A DNA stretch of 64,000 nucleotides from an uncultured Solirubrobacteraceae bacterium (GCA_963721315.1 CAVRIU010000007.1:79215-143214), one strand, 5' to 3'. Positions 35,020 to 46,277 are shown, counted from the first letter of the stretch. The notes: generated by a model not told the origin, from the letters alone. Made by a program: numbers and translations.

Positions 35020-35286
35020 ATGGCCAACATCCACTCCCAGGAAAAGCGCATCCTGCGCACCGAGCGCGAGCGCAACGAGAACCGTCGCTACACGTCGGCG
35101 ATCAAGACCTACTTCCGCCGGCTCGAGGCGGCCGTCACCGCCGGCGAGGCCGAGCAGGCCGACGCAGAGCACCGCCGCGTCGTGCAGCTGATCGACAAGG
35201 CCGTCAAGCGCGGCGCGCTGCATCGCAACACCGGCGCGCGCAAGAAGTCCCGCGCGGCGCGCATGCGCCGCGGACCTGCCGCCTGA
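35020..35286 (+). CDS. rpsT: 30S ribosomal protein S20 (intact)
   Basis: MANIHSQEKRILRTERERNENRRYTSAIKTYFRR...KAVKRGALHRNTGARKKSRAA. Confidence 0.95.
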   Translation: MANIHSQEKRILRTERERNENRRYTSAIKTYFRRLEAAVTAGEAEQADAEHRRVVQLIDKAVKRGALHRNTGARKKSRAARMRRGPAA

Positions 35287-35347
35287 CGCCCCGCGGCGTG
35301 ACGCGCAGCTCGCGCGGCTCCGGCCGCGCCGATGCCGCGGCGCGCGC

Positions 35348-36327
35348 TCAGCTCGCCGCGCCGATCACGGCGCGGAGCGCGGCGGTGTCCTCGCTGAGGA
35401 CGCCTCCGCCGCCGCCGCGGCTCTCCAGCTCGAGGTCGGCCATCAGCTCCAGCGCGCGACGGAACGCCTCGACGTCGCGCTTGGCGACGTCCGCGATCAA
35501 GCGGTCGGCCGCGAAGGACGGCATCCGCAGGCCCTGCTTGATCTGCGCGGGCGCTCGACCCGCTGCCAGCGCCTCGGCGATCGCGAGCGCGTCGCGCAGG
35601 CGCCGCACCATCCCGTAGAGCAGCCCGGGGACCCGCTCGCCCTGCTGGCGCAGCTCGAGCAGCGCACGCGTCGCGGTCGGCGCGTCGCCGGCGACGAGCG
35701 CATCGGCAAGCGTCCAGGTCTTGCGCTCGGCCGAGGTTGCCGAGGACGCCTCGACCTGCTCGGCGCCGAGCCGTGCTCCGGCGCCGTGCTCGAGCGCCAG
35801 CTTCTCCAGCTCGCGCATGCAGCCGTTGCTGGCGATCGCCGACGTGCGCCGACCAGCGCCCGCGCACCCTGCTGGTCGAGCTCGAGGCCGAGCTCGGCGG
35901 CGCGCGCGATCAGCCAGCGCGGAAGCTCGCGCGGCTTGACGTTGCCCTCCTCCGCGATCACGCCATCCGCGGCCTCCACGGCCTTGTGCAGCGCGGCCGG
36001 GACCCTGTGGCGGCCCTCCTCACGCCCGAAGAACGCCACTGTCAGGCTCTCCGCGTCGATGCTCTTCATCGCCTCGGCCACGATCGCGATGTCCGTGTCC
36101 TTCCAGCGCTCGACGCCGTCGGCGATCACGAAGCGCCGGCCCAGCGAGAAGGTCATCGCGCTCAGCGACGCTGCTACGGCCTCCGGGGTACAGGCATCGC
36201 CCTCGAGCAGCTCGACACCGCCCGCGCCGGCTTCAAGCTCGGCCATCGCCCGCAGCCGCGCCCGCCGCTCGCCGATGCGGCCGTGGTCGTCCCCGTGGAC
36301 CAGATAAGCCGGGCGGAAGGTCGGCAC
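35348..36327 (-). CDS. holA: DNA polymerase III delta subunit; frame break ~35850
   Basis: MPTFRPAYLVHGDD, MTFSLGRRFVIADGVERWK, then after the break LMRELEKLAL...TWTLADALVAGD...ALLELRQQGE. The position beside rpsT/comEC fits the conserved synteny. Confidence 0.8.
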
Positions 36328-36518
36328 GGCGGCCGAGTCTAGAGGCCGTCGTGGTCGTCACGGGAGGGGCACCGGTCGCGATCGCCTCCGCGATTGCGGG
36401 CACGGCGGATTCGTGCGTGGATCACCCTCGAGCTGCCGTCAAGGTGCGACTGATCCGGCAGGCGGTCGGCTTGCGAAGCGCCGAGCGAAGGTGACGACGG
36501 ACTCAGCCGGGTCTTAGA

Positions 36519-36875
36519 TCAGTCGTTCAGCGACAGGGCGGTCGGATGCCTTGGCTCATACAGCCCAAGCTCGCCTCCGCCCGGAAGCCGCAGCGCGGTG
36601 ATCAGGCCGAAGCCCTGATCGCGGACCGGACCGGTGAACTCGACGCCCTTGGCCGTGAGCTCGTCGACCGTCGCCTCGATGTCGTCGCACATGAGATACA
36701 GCTCGTGATGGTTTCCCGACTCCGCCGGGTGGGCCGCAAGCTCCGCGGGAGGACAGGCGAAGATCAGCCATCCGCCTCCTGCATCGACAGATGGGAACCC
36801 GAGCACGTCGCGAAGAAACTCACGCACCTGCTCGGCCTGGTCGGCATAGATGATCGCGTGAACGCCGGTGATCAT
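36519..36875 (-). CDS. VOC/glyoxalase-family protein (intact, visibly lower GC than its neighbours)
   Basis: Intact 118-aa ORF MITGVHAIIYADQAEQVREFLRDVLGF...GNHHELYLMCDDIEATVDELTAKGVEF...LGLYEPRHP. It uses many A/T-ending codons (TAT, TTT, CTT, CCA, TCT, GAT). Confidence 0.8.
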   Translation of the reverse strand: MITGVHAIIYADQAEQVREFLRDVLGFPSVDAGGGWLIFACPPAELAAHPAESGNHHELYLMCDDIEATVDELTAKGVEFTGPVRDQGFGLITALRLPGGGELGLYEPRHPTALSLND

Positions 36876-36928
36876 CGGATCACCACCCTAATGCCGAGGT
36901 CGTCGTGCATGGCGTCTGGTTCATCGAC

Positions 36929-36962
36929 GTCGAGATCGCCGCGCAGTCGAGATCGCCGCGCA
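36929..36962. repeat. perfect 17-bp tandem duplication (TCGAGATCGCCGCGCAG x2) upstream of the VOC gene
   Basis: The units at 36929-36945 and 36946-36962 are identical, seen directly. Confidence 0.9.
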
Positions 36963-37007
36963 GATCACTGAAGCATCAATCAATCTGGGCCAGTTCGCGG
37001 CTACGAC

Positions 37008-39492
37008 TCATACACCGCGCTCCACGCGCATCTGGTCGCCGTCGACGTGCAGACGGACGGTCCCGTCGCGGTCGGTGCGGAACACCTGCCCGACAGTGCG
37101 CAGCGCGTCGAGCGTCGACGGCGTCGGATGACCGTAGGTGTTGTCTTCGCCGACCTCGATCGCGGCCACAAGCGGCGCTGTCCGCTCCAGCAGCGCCGGA
37201 AGCCCGGTCGTCGGCGCTGCCGTGATGGGCGACCTTGAGCGCCTCGACGCGCGGCAGCGTCGAGCCCCGCGGTCACGTTGGACTCGGCGTCCGCGGGCAG
37301 CAGCAGGTCGAACTCGCCGTCCTGCACGAGGGCGACAAGCGCGTGATCGTTCGGATTGCCCTCCGGACGCCAGGCCGGGCGCGCGCGGTGGCGGCCACAG
37401 CACGTGCAGGCGCAGCTCGCCGATCCGCAGGCGCTGCCCGGCGCGTGCCGCGACGCACGCGGCCGCCGGTCGCGCGCGAGCGCCGCCGGCAGGCCGCGCT
37501 GCACGGCGCTACGGCCAGCCGGCGCCGCCGTCGAGCACGAGCCGCGGCCGGTGGGCGGCGATCACCGGGCAGCGCCATGCCCTCGTGGTCGCTCTCGGCG
37601 TGCGTGAGCGACGAGCAGGTCGAGCCGCTCGATGCCCGCCTCTCTCGAGCCGGCGCAGGATCGGCCCGCCCGGCGGCCCGGTGTCGACGAGCACCGACGC
37701 CGAGCCACGCTGCAGCAGCGTCGCGTCGCCCTGGCCGACGTCCAGGAACGAGACGACCAGCTCCCCGGCGCGCGGGCCCGGCGACCCGGCCCGGTCGCAG
37801 CGCGAGCGACGCCGGCGACGGACGGCGGCGACGCAGCGGCGAGCGCGATCGCGCTCCGTGCCGAGCGCCGCCCGTGGCGAGCCGCGACGAGCGCGGCCTC
37901 GAGCGGGCCGTCGGACGTGCCACCGGAGCCGCGCGGCCACGGCCCGATCCCGAGCCGCGACGCCAGCCGGCGCCGGCACACGACGGCGACGAGCACAGCG
38001 CGCGACCAGCGCCGCGTAGGCGCCGGCGAGGCCCGAGCGGGCCGCCGAGCCGGACCGGCAGTGGCGGCGAGCGGCGCCGAGGCGGCCGCGTGCGCGACCC
38101 ACTCGAGGTAGCCGAGCAGCGGCGCGCAGAGCAGGTTCAGCGGCGCCGCCAGCGCCGGCGACGAGCTGCGCCAGCGCGATCGCGATCATCCCGAGCCACA
38201 TGACCGGCGCGACGACCGCCGCCGCGAGCAGGTTGGCCGGCAGCGACGCGAGCGAGACCTGCTCGAAGTGCAGCGCCATCAGCGGTGCGGTGGCGATGGT
38301 TGCCGCGACCGTGATCGCCGCGACGTCGGCCACCGGGCCGGGGACGCGCCGGCGCGTGAGCGCGCCGCGCAGGCGGGGCGCGAGCGCGAGCAGGCCCGCG
38401 ACGGCGGCGAACGAGAGCTGCCAGCCGGGCTCGCCGACGGCGAGCGGGTTGAGCGCGAGCGTGACGCGCCGCCGCGAGCCCGAGCGCGTACCAGCGCGAG
38501 GTCGGGCGCCCGGCCAGCGCGGCGACGAGGCCGGCGATGCCCATCACCCCCGCGCGCTGGATCGACGGGCCGGCGCCGGCGAGCGGCACGTAGATCGCGA
38601 CCAGCACGATCGCGGCCGCCAGCCGCGTTCGCAGCGGCACGCCGGCGAGGGCACCGAGCGCGAGCACGAGCGTGCACAGCAGCAGCACGTTCTGGCCGCT
38701 GACCGCCAGCAGGTGCGCCAGTCCCGAGCGCTGGAAGTCGGTCTTGGTCGCCTCGCCGATCGCCTCGTCCTGGCCGAGCACCATGCCGCGCAGCAGCGCG
38801 GCCTCGGGCGCGTCGAGCCCGGTGCCGAGCCCGCGCGCCGCGCGCTCGCGGGCGGCGTCGAGCGCCCCGGCGAGCCCGCCGCGCGCGCGTCCGGTGGCCG
38901 TCCACGAGCTGAGCTCGATCGCGGCGTGCGCGCCGCGCCGGCGCTGGTAGTCCTCGAAACTCGGCGAGCGGCGCGACCGTCCCGCGCACACGCAGCTCGG
39001 TGCCGACACGGGCGCCGGGCGGCGGCCGCCCGCGCTCCGCCCGCACGACGGCCAACTCGCCGTCGAGGTCGATCGCGCCGCGCGCCAGCGGAGCGTCGCA
39101 CCGGCCAGCTCGGCCGCGCCGCGGCCGCCGACCACCGCCGCCCGGGCGAGCCGGACGCGCGCGACGAGCGGTGCCGCTGCGCCACTTGCGGATCGGCTCG
39201 AGCAGGATCGCCCGGGCCGTCGATCCGTTGCCCGGCCAGCGCCGGCAGCCGGCCCGGCCCGAGCGCGGCCACGCGCGCCTGGGCCAGCGCGCCGCCGCCG
39301 AGCACCGCCACGGCGGCGACGATCGCGAGCGGCACGCCGCCCGGCGAGCGCCGCCGCCAGGAGCGCCGCGACGAACAGCGGCGCACGGCGCGAGCGGCCC
39401 GAGCAGGAGACCGGCGACCGACGCCGAACAGCACGAGGTGGCGCGGGTGGCGGCGGATCAGCGCCGCAGCCAGCGCCGTCGCCGCGCCTCAC
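37008..39492 (-). CDS. comEC: DNA internalization competence protein ComEC/Rec2 (DUF4131 + competence + metallo-beta-lactamase domains); many frame breaks
   Basis: FQRSGLAHLLAVSGQNVLLL, PSIQRAGVM, TAPLMALHFEQVSLASLPANLL, MBL part VVSFLDVGQGDATLLQ, LLLPADAE, LKVAHHGS, VGEDNTYGHP. The GTG overlaps the comEA stop (GTGA 39489-39492). Confidence 0.85.
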
Positions 39493-40082
39493 AGCGTCAC
39501 CTCCTCGCGCAGCGTCGCGAGGCGCACGTCGCCGATGCCCGGGATCTCGCCGAGCTCCTCGACCGAGCCGAAGCCGCCGCGCTCCTCGCGGAAGTCGAGG
39601 ATCTTCTGCGCGGTCAGCGGGCCGATGCCGCTGAGCGTGTCGAGCTGCTCGAGCGTCGCGCGTGTTGAGGTTGAGCGGCTGGCCCGGCGCCGGCGCCGGA
39701 CGCCGCGGCCGTCGGCCGCGGCGGCCGCGCCCGCGCGGCACCCGCTCGGGCACGAGCACCTGGCGGCCGTCCTCGAGCTTCGCCGCCAGGTTGAGCCCGC
39801 CGAGGTCGGCCCGCCGCCGCGCGCCCGCCGGCGCGCTCGACCGCGTCGTCGACCCGCGCGGACGGCGCGAGCTTGTAGACCCCGGGCCGCCGGACGGCGC
39901 CCGCCACGTGGATCACCACGCGACCGCCGCCGCCGCTCCTGCACCGCGATCGTCGGCGGCCGCGGGCGGAGCGGCGGCCGGCTCGCCTCCTCCACCGCGT
40001 CGAGCTGGCTGAGGCCCAGCACGACGACCAGCACCAGGCCCACGACGCAGAGCGCGAGCTGGCGAGGTGTCAGGTCGGCCAT
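39489..40082 (-). CDS. comEA: competence protein ComEA (SLBB + helix-hairpin-helix DNA-binding); about 3 frame breaks
   Basis: N-terminal [83 protein letters not shown]. Confidence 0.85.
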   Translation of the reverse strand: MADLTPRQLALCVVGLVLVVVLGLSQLDAVEEASRPPLRPRPPTIAVQERRRRSRGDPRGGRRPAARGLQARAVRAGRRRGRARRRARGGGPTSAGSTWRRSSRTAARCSCPSGCRAGAAAAADGRGVRRRRRASRSTSTRATLEQLDTLSGIGPLTAQKILDFREERGGFGSVEELGEIPGIGDVRLATLREEVTL

Positions 40083-40122
40083 GCCGCGACGCTAGGCGGC
40101 CGGCGTGTGACGGATCAGCCGC

Positions 40123-40138
40123 GGATCGTGCACGATCC
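40123..40138. promoter_or_regulatory. perfect 16-bp palindrome GGATCGTGCACGATCC flanked by direct CGGATCAGC repeats, 41 nt upstream of comEA
   Basis: Seen directly. CGGATCAGC occurs at 40111-40119 and 40144-40152. The palindrome lies between the leuS stop (40148) and the comEA start (40082). Confidence 0.5.
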
Positions 40139-40147
40139 TGTGCCGGA

Positions 40148-42614
40148 TCAGCGCACGACGAAGTTCACGAGCTTCGCCGGCACGACGATCACCTTGACCA
40201 CGTCCTTGCCGTCGATGTGCGCCTGCACGCGCGGGCGCGCCCGCGCGAGCGATTCGAGCTGCTCGCCGTCGGCGCTCGACGGACGCCGGCATGCGGTCGC
40301 GCAGCTTGCCGTTGATCTGCAGCGCGATCTCGACCTCGTCGCGCGCCAGCAGCGCCGGGTCGGCCTCCGGCCACGGCTCGTCCCAGACGCGCGCGCCCGG
40401 TGAGCAGCTCGTAGACGTCGGCGCCGGTGTGCGGCGCGAACGGGAAGATCAGCGAGGCGGCGGTCGCGGTCGCGAAGCGAAGCGATCTCCTCGCCCGCCT
40501 GTCGCGCGCGCGCGTAGCACTCGTTGACCAGCTCCATCACCGCCGCGATCGCGGTGTTGAACGCGAAGCGCCCGCTCATGTCGCCGGTCACCTTGTCGAT
40601 CGCCCAGTGCGCCTTGCGCAGCAGCTCGAGGTCGTCGCCGGCGGCGCCGTTGGCGGTCGCGTCGAGCGCGGCCGGCTCGCCCTGCTCCGCCAGCTCGGCG
40701 CCCAGCCGCCAGAGCCGGCCGAGGAAGCGGTGCACGCCCTCGACGCCGGAGTCCGACCAGTCGGCGTCCTGGTCCGGCGGGCCGATGAAGAGGATGTAGC
40801 AGCGCGCGGTGTCGGCGCCGTAGCGCTCGACGTACGGCGTCGGGCTGATCACGTTGCCCTTCGACTTGGACATCTTCGCGCCGTCGCGCGTGATCATCCC
40901 CTGCGTGAAGAGCGCGTTGAACGGCTCCTGCATGCTCGAGATAGCCCATGTCGGCGAGCGCCTTGACGAAGAAGCGCGCGTACATCAGGTGCAGGATCGC
41001 GTGCTCGACGCCGCCGATGTACTGGTCGACGGGCGCCCAGCGGGCGAGCACCTCCGGGTCCCACGGCGCCTCGTCGTTGCCGGCGTCGCAGTAGCGCAGG
41101 AAGTACCACGAGGAGTCGACGAACGTGTCCATCGTGTCGGTCTCGCGCAGCGCCGGCTCGCCGCACTTCGGGCAGCTGGTGTTGACCCACTCCTCGGCGG
41201 TCGCGAGCGGCGACTTGCCCTTCGGCTTGTAGTCGCGCGACGTCGGGCAGGATCACCGGCAGCTGGTCGTCGGGAACGGGCACGAGGCCGCAGCCGTCGC
41301 AGTGCACGACCGGGATCGGGCAGCCCCAGTAGCGCTGGCGCGAGAGCAGCCAGTCGCGCAGGCGGTAGTTGACCGAGCGGTGCCCGCGGCCCTCGCCGTC
41401 GAGCCAGGCGACGATCGCGTCGAGCGCCTCGCGGTTGTGCATCCCGTCGAAGCGCGGATCCGAGTTGACGATCGGGCCGTCGCCCGTGTAGGGGAGCTCG
41501 CTCGCCGCCCTCGATCACGCGCCGGATCTCGAGCCCGTACTTCGTCGCGAAGGCGAAGTCGCGCTCGTCGTGCCCGGGCACCGCCATGATCGCGCCGGTG
41601 CCGTACTCCATCAGCACGTAGTCGGCGACCCACATCGGGATCCGCTCGCCGTTGACGGGGTTGACGACGGTGCGGCCCGAGCGGCACGCCGGTCTTCTCG
41701 CGCTCGGTCGCGCCGCGCTCCGTGCCGTCCTCGGTCAGCGCCGCGTTGACGTAGTCGCGCACGGCCTGCTCGTGCTCGGTGCCGGCGCGCCAGGCGCAGC
41801 ACGTCCGGATGCTCGGGCGCCATGACGAAGAACGTCGCGCCGAACAGCGTGTCCGGGCGGGTGGTGAAGACCGGGTAGTCGACGCCCAGCTCCTCGCAGG
41901 AGAACGTCGACCTCGGCGCCCTCGGAGCGGCCGATCCAGTTGCGCTGCATCGTGACCGACGTGCTCGGGCCAGTCGACCGTCGCGAGGTCGTCGAGCAGC
42001 CGGTCGGCGTAGTCGGTGATGCGGAAGAACCACTGCTCGAGCTGGCGCGCCTCGACCGGCGTGCCGCAGCGCTCGCAGCGGCCGTCGATCACCTGCTCGT
42101 TGGCGAGCACCGTGGCGTCCTTCGGGCACCAGTTGACCGCCGCCTCCTTGCGGTAGGCCAGCCCGCGCTCGAGGAAGCGCAGGAACAGCCACTGCGTCCA
42201 GCGGTAGTACGCGCGGATCGCTGGTGCGCGAACTCGCGCGACCAGTCGAACGAGACCCCCCACTCGCGGAACTCGCGCTGGAACTGGCGCGATCGACTCG
42301 GCGGTCGAGTCGCGCGGGTGCTCGCCGGTCCTGATCGCGTGGTTCTCGGCCGGCAGGCCGAACGCGTCGTAGCCGATCGGGTGCAGCACGCGGCGGCCGG
42401 TGCGGCGGTGGAAGTGGGCCACCGCGTCGCCGACCGCGTAGTTCTTGAGGTGCCCCATGTGCGGCTCGCCCGACGGGTACGGGAGCATCTCGAGCACGTA
42501 GGACTTGGGCAGGTCCGTGGCCTCGTCGTTGCTGACGTGCCAGGTCTGCTCGCGCTCCCAGATCTCCTGCCACTTGGGCTCGATCGCGCGCGGGTCGTAG
42601 CGGTGCTCGGACAT
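40148..42614 (-). CDS. leuS: leucine--tRNA ligase; about 10 frame breaks
   Basis: [31 protein letters not shown] (HIGH-type), [57 protein letters not shown] (KMSKS), C-terminus [15 protein letters not shown]. Confidence 0.93.
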
Positions 42615-42713
42615 GCGAGCGGGGAGGTTAGCGGCCGATGCAGCTCGCCGCTCGCGACGCGCTCGAACCAAGCCGCGAAGTCCCTTGTACACTGGGCCTC
42701 GGAGCACCGCCTC

Positions 42714-42786
42714 GGGGCTATAGCTCAGCTGGGAGAGCGTCGCGCTGGCAGCGCGAAGGTCGAGGGTTCGAGTCCCTCTAGCTCCA
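42714..42786 (+). tRNA. tRNA-Ala (anticodon GGC); CCA not encoded
   Basis: Manual cloverleaf: acceptor GGGGCTA/TAGCTCC with the G3:U70 alanine identity pair, D arm GCTC-AGCTGGGA-GAGC, anticodon arm TCGCG-CTGGCAG-CGCGA, variable AGGTC, T arm GAGGG-TTCGAGT-CCCTC, discriminator A. Confidence 0.9.
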
Positions 42787-42790
42787 CCTC

Positions 42791-42820
42791 CGAAGGGCCG
42801 TTCGCATGAGCGGCCCTTCG
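42791..42820. terminator. 10-bp perfect hairpin between tRNA-Ala (+) and rsfS (-), candidate bidirectional terminator
   Basis: CGAAGGGCCG-TTCGCATGAG-CGGCCCTTCG. It lies 4 nt after the tRNA and 10 nt after the rsfS stop. The U-tract is weak. Confidence 0.5.
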
Positions 42821-42830
42821 CCGTGTCAGG

Positions 42831-43219
42831 CTACTCCCCGACCGCGCGCCGCGGCGCCTCGCCCCAGAGCTGCTCGAGCCGGTAGAACTCGCGCGCCTCC
42901 GGCGTGAAGACGTGCACGATCACGTCGAGGTAGTCCATCAGGATCCAGCGCGCCTCGCCGAGGCCCTCGACGCGGCGCGGCAGCAGGCCGTGCTCCTTCT
43001 TGAGCCCGTGGTGGATGCCGTCGTGGATCGCCTTGGTCTGGCGGTCGGTGTTGCCCGAGCAGACGACGAAGAAGTCCGTGTAGCCGAGCACGCCGCGCAG
43101 GTCGAGCTCGGCGATGTCGATCGCCTTCTTGTCGGCGGCGAAGTCGGCGATCACGCGCGCCAGCGCGGCGGGGTTGCTCGTGTCGTGCTGTCTGCGTCAG
43201 CGATCCGGAGCTCTGTCAT
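42831..43219 (-). CDS. rsfS: ribosome silencing factor RsfS; probable frame break ~43180 (otherwise GTG start at 43154)
   Basis: [42 protein letters not shown]...[28 protein letters not shown]. Confidence 0.9.
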
Positions 43220-43230
43220 GCGGTCAGCCC

Positions 43231-43846
43231 TCAGGATAGGAGGGGCTCCGGGCGGTAGAGCCGCTCGCGCTCGATGTAGGCGGCGACCGCGTCCGGCACG
43301 AGGTAGCGCACGGGCAGCCCGGCGGCGACGCGGCGCGCGGATCAGCGAGCTGGAGATGTCGAGCCGCGGCATGTCGAAGAAGCAGACCCGCTCGGCGGCG
43401 CCCGCGAGCCCGGCGAGCCGCTCGGCGATGTCGGCGCGGCGCACGCCCTCGCGCTCGGCCACGGCGAGCCGGGCGAGCGCCAGCACGCCCTCGGGCTCGC
43501 GCCAGGCGGGCAGCGAGTGCGCCATGTCGCCGCCGACGATGAACGTCAGCTCGTCGCTGGCGCTCGCCGAGCGCGCGCAGCAGGTCGACGGTGTACGACG
43601 GGCCGTCCCGCTCGACGTCGGCGCGCGAGACGCCGAGCCGCTCGTCGCCGGCCACGGCCGCGTCGCACATCGCGACGCGATGCGCGACGCCCGGCTCGGC
43701 CTCGACCTCCTTGTGCGGCGGCACGCGCGACCGGCACCAGCAGCACGCGGTCGAGCCCGAGCTGGACGCAGCGCCTCCTGCGCGCAGACGAGATGGGCGA
43801 GGTGCGGCGGGTTGAACGTCCCGCCGAGCAGGCCGACCCGCGCCAC
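43231..43846 (-). CDS. nadD: nicotinate-nucleotide adenylyltransferase; about 4 frame breaks
   Basis: [63 protein letters not shown]-terminus YIERERLY. Confidence 0.88.
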
Positions 43847-43853
43847 GCCGAGC

Positions 43854-45125
43854 TCAGGGCCGGACCTGGCCCGTGCCCTCGACCAGGTACTTGAACGTGC
43901 ACAGCTCGCGCAGGCCGATCGGGCCGCGCGCGTGCAGCTTCTGCGTCGAGTTGCCGATCTCGGCGCCCATGCCGAACTCGCCGCCGTCGGTGAAGCGCGT
44001 CGAGGCGTTGACGTAGACGCAGGCCGCGTCGACGCCGAGCTGGAACGCCCGCGCCGCCGCCGGTCGACGACGTCACGATCGCCTCGGAGTGCCCGGAGCC
44101 GAACGCGTTGACGTGCTCGATCGCCTCCGTCGGCCGAGTCGACGACGCGGACCGCGAGCACGAGCGCGAGGAACTCCTCCGCGTAGTCCTCGTCGGTCGC
44201 CGCGGCGACCGGGACGTCGCCGGCGAGCGCGCGCGCGCGCTCGTCGCCGCGCAGCTCGACGCCCGCGTCGTGCAGCGCGCGCAGCGCGCCGCGGGAGGAA
44301 CGCGGCGGCGACGTCGGCGTGCACGAGCAGCGTCTCGGCCGCGTTGCAGACGCCGGGCCGCTGGGTCTTGGCGTTGAGGATGATCGCGCGCGCGTCGTCG
44401 AGATCGGCGCTCGCGTCGACGTAGACGTGGCAGTTGCCCGAGGCGGCGTAGATCACGGGCACCTTCGCGACCGCCGCGAGCGCCTGCTTCAGGCCCTCGC
44501 CGCCGCGCGGGATGATCAGGTCGACGAGCCCCTCCTGGCCGGCCAGCTCGGCCAGCTCCTCGCGCCCGCCGCCGGCCACGAGCGCGAGCGCGCCGGCGGG
44601 CAGGCCGTTCGCCTCGGCCGCCTCGCGCGCGACGCCGGCCAGCACGGCGTTGGAGTGCGCGGCCGACGAGGAGCCGCGCAGCACGATCGCGTTGCCGGAC
44701 TTCAGGCACAGCGCGGCGGCGTCGATCGTCACGTTCGGGCGCGCCTCGTAGACGACGGCGACGACGCCGAGCGGCACGCGCACCTTGCGCATCTGCAGGC
44801 CGTTGGCGAAGCGCGAGCCGTCGATCACCTCGCCGACCGGGATCGGGCAGCGCGACGATCTCGCGCACGCCGCGGGCCATCGCCGGCGATCCGCGCCGGC
44901 GTCGAGCGCGAGCCGGTCCATCAGCGCCGCCGACAGGCCCGACTCGCGGCCCGCCTCGAGGTCGCGCGCGTTGGCCTCGAGGATCTCCGGCGTGCGCTGC
45001 TCGAGCGCGTCGGCGATCGCGAGCAGCGCCGCGTCCTTGGTCGCCGAGTCGAGCATCGCCAGCTCGCGCGCCGCGGCCTTCGCGGCGCGGCAGAGATCGG
45101 TGACGGACTGGGTCGCTACGGCCAT
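43854..45125 (-). CDS. proA: glutamate-5-semialdehyde dehydrogenase; about 4 frame breaks
   Basis: [102 protein letters not shown]. Confidence 0.92.
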
Positions 45126-45182
45126 CGGTCAAGGATAGGCGAGCACGGCGAGCGGCCGGACCGCGAGGCCACGGCGGACGGC

Positions 45183-46277
45183 TCAGGCGAGCACGAAGTA
45201 GTCGCGGTGCACGGCCTCGTCGGTCGCCCGCGGCAGCCGCTCGCGCACCTGCGCGCTCTTCATCCCCATCACGCTGCGCAGCTCGTCCGCCGAGTAGTTG
45301 CAGATCCCCTTGCCGATCGCCGCGGCGCCCGCCTCGCGCACCTCGACCGCGTCGCCGGCGTCGAACTCGCCCGCGACGTCGACGATCCCGACCGGCAGCA
45401 GGCTCGTCCCGCCCTCGCGCAGCGCCCGCGCGGCGCCCGCGTCGACGGTCACCGTGCCGTGCGTCGGCTTGGCGTACTTGAGCCACAGCTTGAAGCTCGA
45501 GTGGCGCACGGCCTGGGGCGCGAAGCGCGTGCCGACGCGCTCGCCCGCCCAGGCGCTCGCGAGCGCGCCCGGCGCCAGCCCGCTCGCGATCACCGTCGGG
45601 ATGCCGGCCGCGGTGGCCATCTCGGCCGCCATCACCTTCGAGCGCATCCCGCCCGAGCCCAGCGGCGAGAGCTCGTGGCCGATCTCGAGCTCGTCGAGCG
45701 CCGCGTGGTCGGTGACCTCCTCGACCAGCTGCGCACCCGGGTCGACGCGCGGATTGGCGGTGTAGAGGCCGTCGGTGTCGGTCAGCAGCACGAGCAGCTG
45801 GGCGCCGACCAGCACCGCGACCTGCGCCGCGAGGAAGTCGTTGTCGCCGAAGGAGATCTCGTCGGTCGTGGTCGTGTCGTTCTCGTTGATCACCGGCACG
45901 ACGCGCCAGCCGAGCAGCGTCTGCAGCGTGCGGCGCGCGTTGAGGTAGTGCGTGCGCGCGCTCATGTCGAAGAACGTCAGCAGCACCTGCGCGGTCTGGA
46001 GCCCCTGCTCGCGCAGCAGGTCGTCGTAGGTGCCGTAGAGCCGGCCCTGACCGACCGCGCTCGCCGCCTGCAGCTCGGCGATCTCGGTCCGGCGGACGGG
46101 CAGCTCGAGCAGGTGCACGCCGCGCGCGATCGCGCCGGACGTCACGACGACGACGTCGACGCCGGAGCGGTGCAGGCCCGCGACCTCCTCGCACACGCGC
46201 GCGACGACGGAGAGCCGCAGCTCGCCCGAGGCGTGGGCGACGACGGAGGAGCCGAGCTTGACGACAGCGACGGGCAT
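45183..46277 (-). CDS. proB: glutamate 5-kinase with PUA domain (intact)
   Basis: Intact 364-aa ORF with VVKLGSS, VVVTSGAI, PVINENDTTTTDEISFGDNDFLAA, LLTDTDGLYTANP, GGMRSKV, PUA part GKGICNYSADEL. Confidence 0.95.
   Translation of the reverse strand: MPVAVVKLGSSVVAHASGELRLSVVARVCEEVAGLHRSGVDVVVVTSGAIARGVHLLELPVRRTEIAELQAASAVGQGRLYGTYDDLLREQGLQTAQVLLTFFDMSARTHYLNARRTLQTLLGWRVVPVINENDTTTTDEISFGDNDFLAAQVAVLVGAQLLVLLTDTDGLYTANPRVDPGAQLVEEVTDHAALDELEIGHELSPLGSGGMRSKVMAAEMATAAGIPTVIASGLAPGALASAWAGERVGTRFAPQAVRHSSFKLWLKYAKPTHGTVTVDAGAARALREGGTSLLPVGIVDVAGEFDAGDAVEVREAGAAAIGKGICNYSADELRSVMGMKSAQVRERLPRATDEAVHRDYFVLA

Noticed and set aside
36420-36883. GGATCACC 8-mers at 36420 and 36876 bracketing the VOC gene, considered as possible target-site duplications.
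   Set aside because: By rough estimate an 8-mer match between two ~150-nt windows is expected by chance at appreciable frequency in biased-composition DNA. There are no terminal inverted repeats or recombinase.
36929-36962. Possible CRISPR or VNTR array at the 17-bp repeat.
   Set aside because: There are only two directly adjacent identical units, no spacers and no cas genes. This is a simple tandem duplication.
42622-42777. GGGGAGG Shine-Dalgarno-like motif plus an ATG at 42634 opening a 47-codon plus-strand ORF that runs through tRNA-Ala.
   Set aside because: The ORF overlaps the tRNA gene. The SD-like string is the complement of the leuS upstream region. The peptide is not recognisable, so this is probably coincidental.
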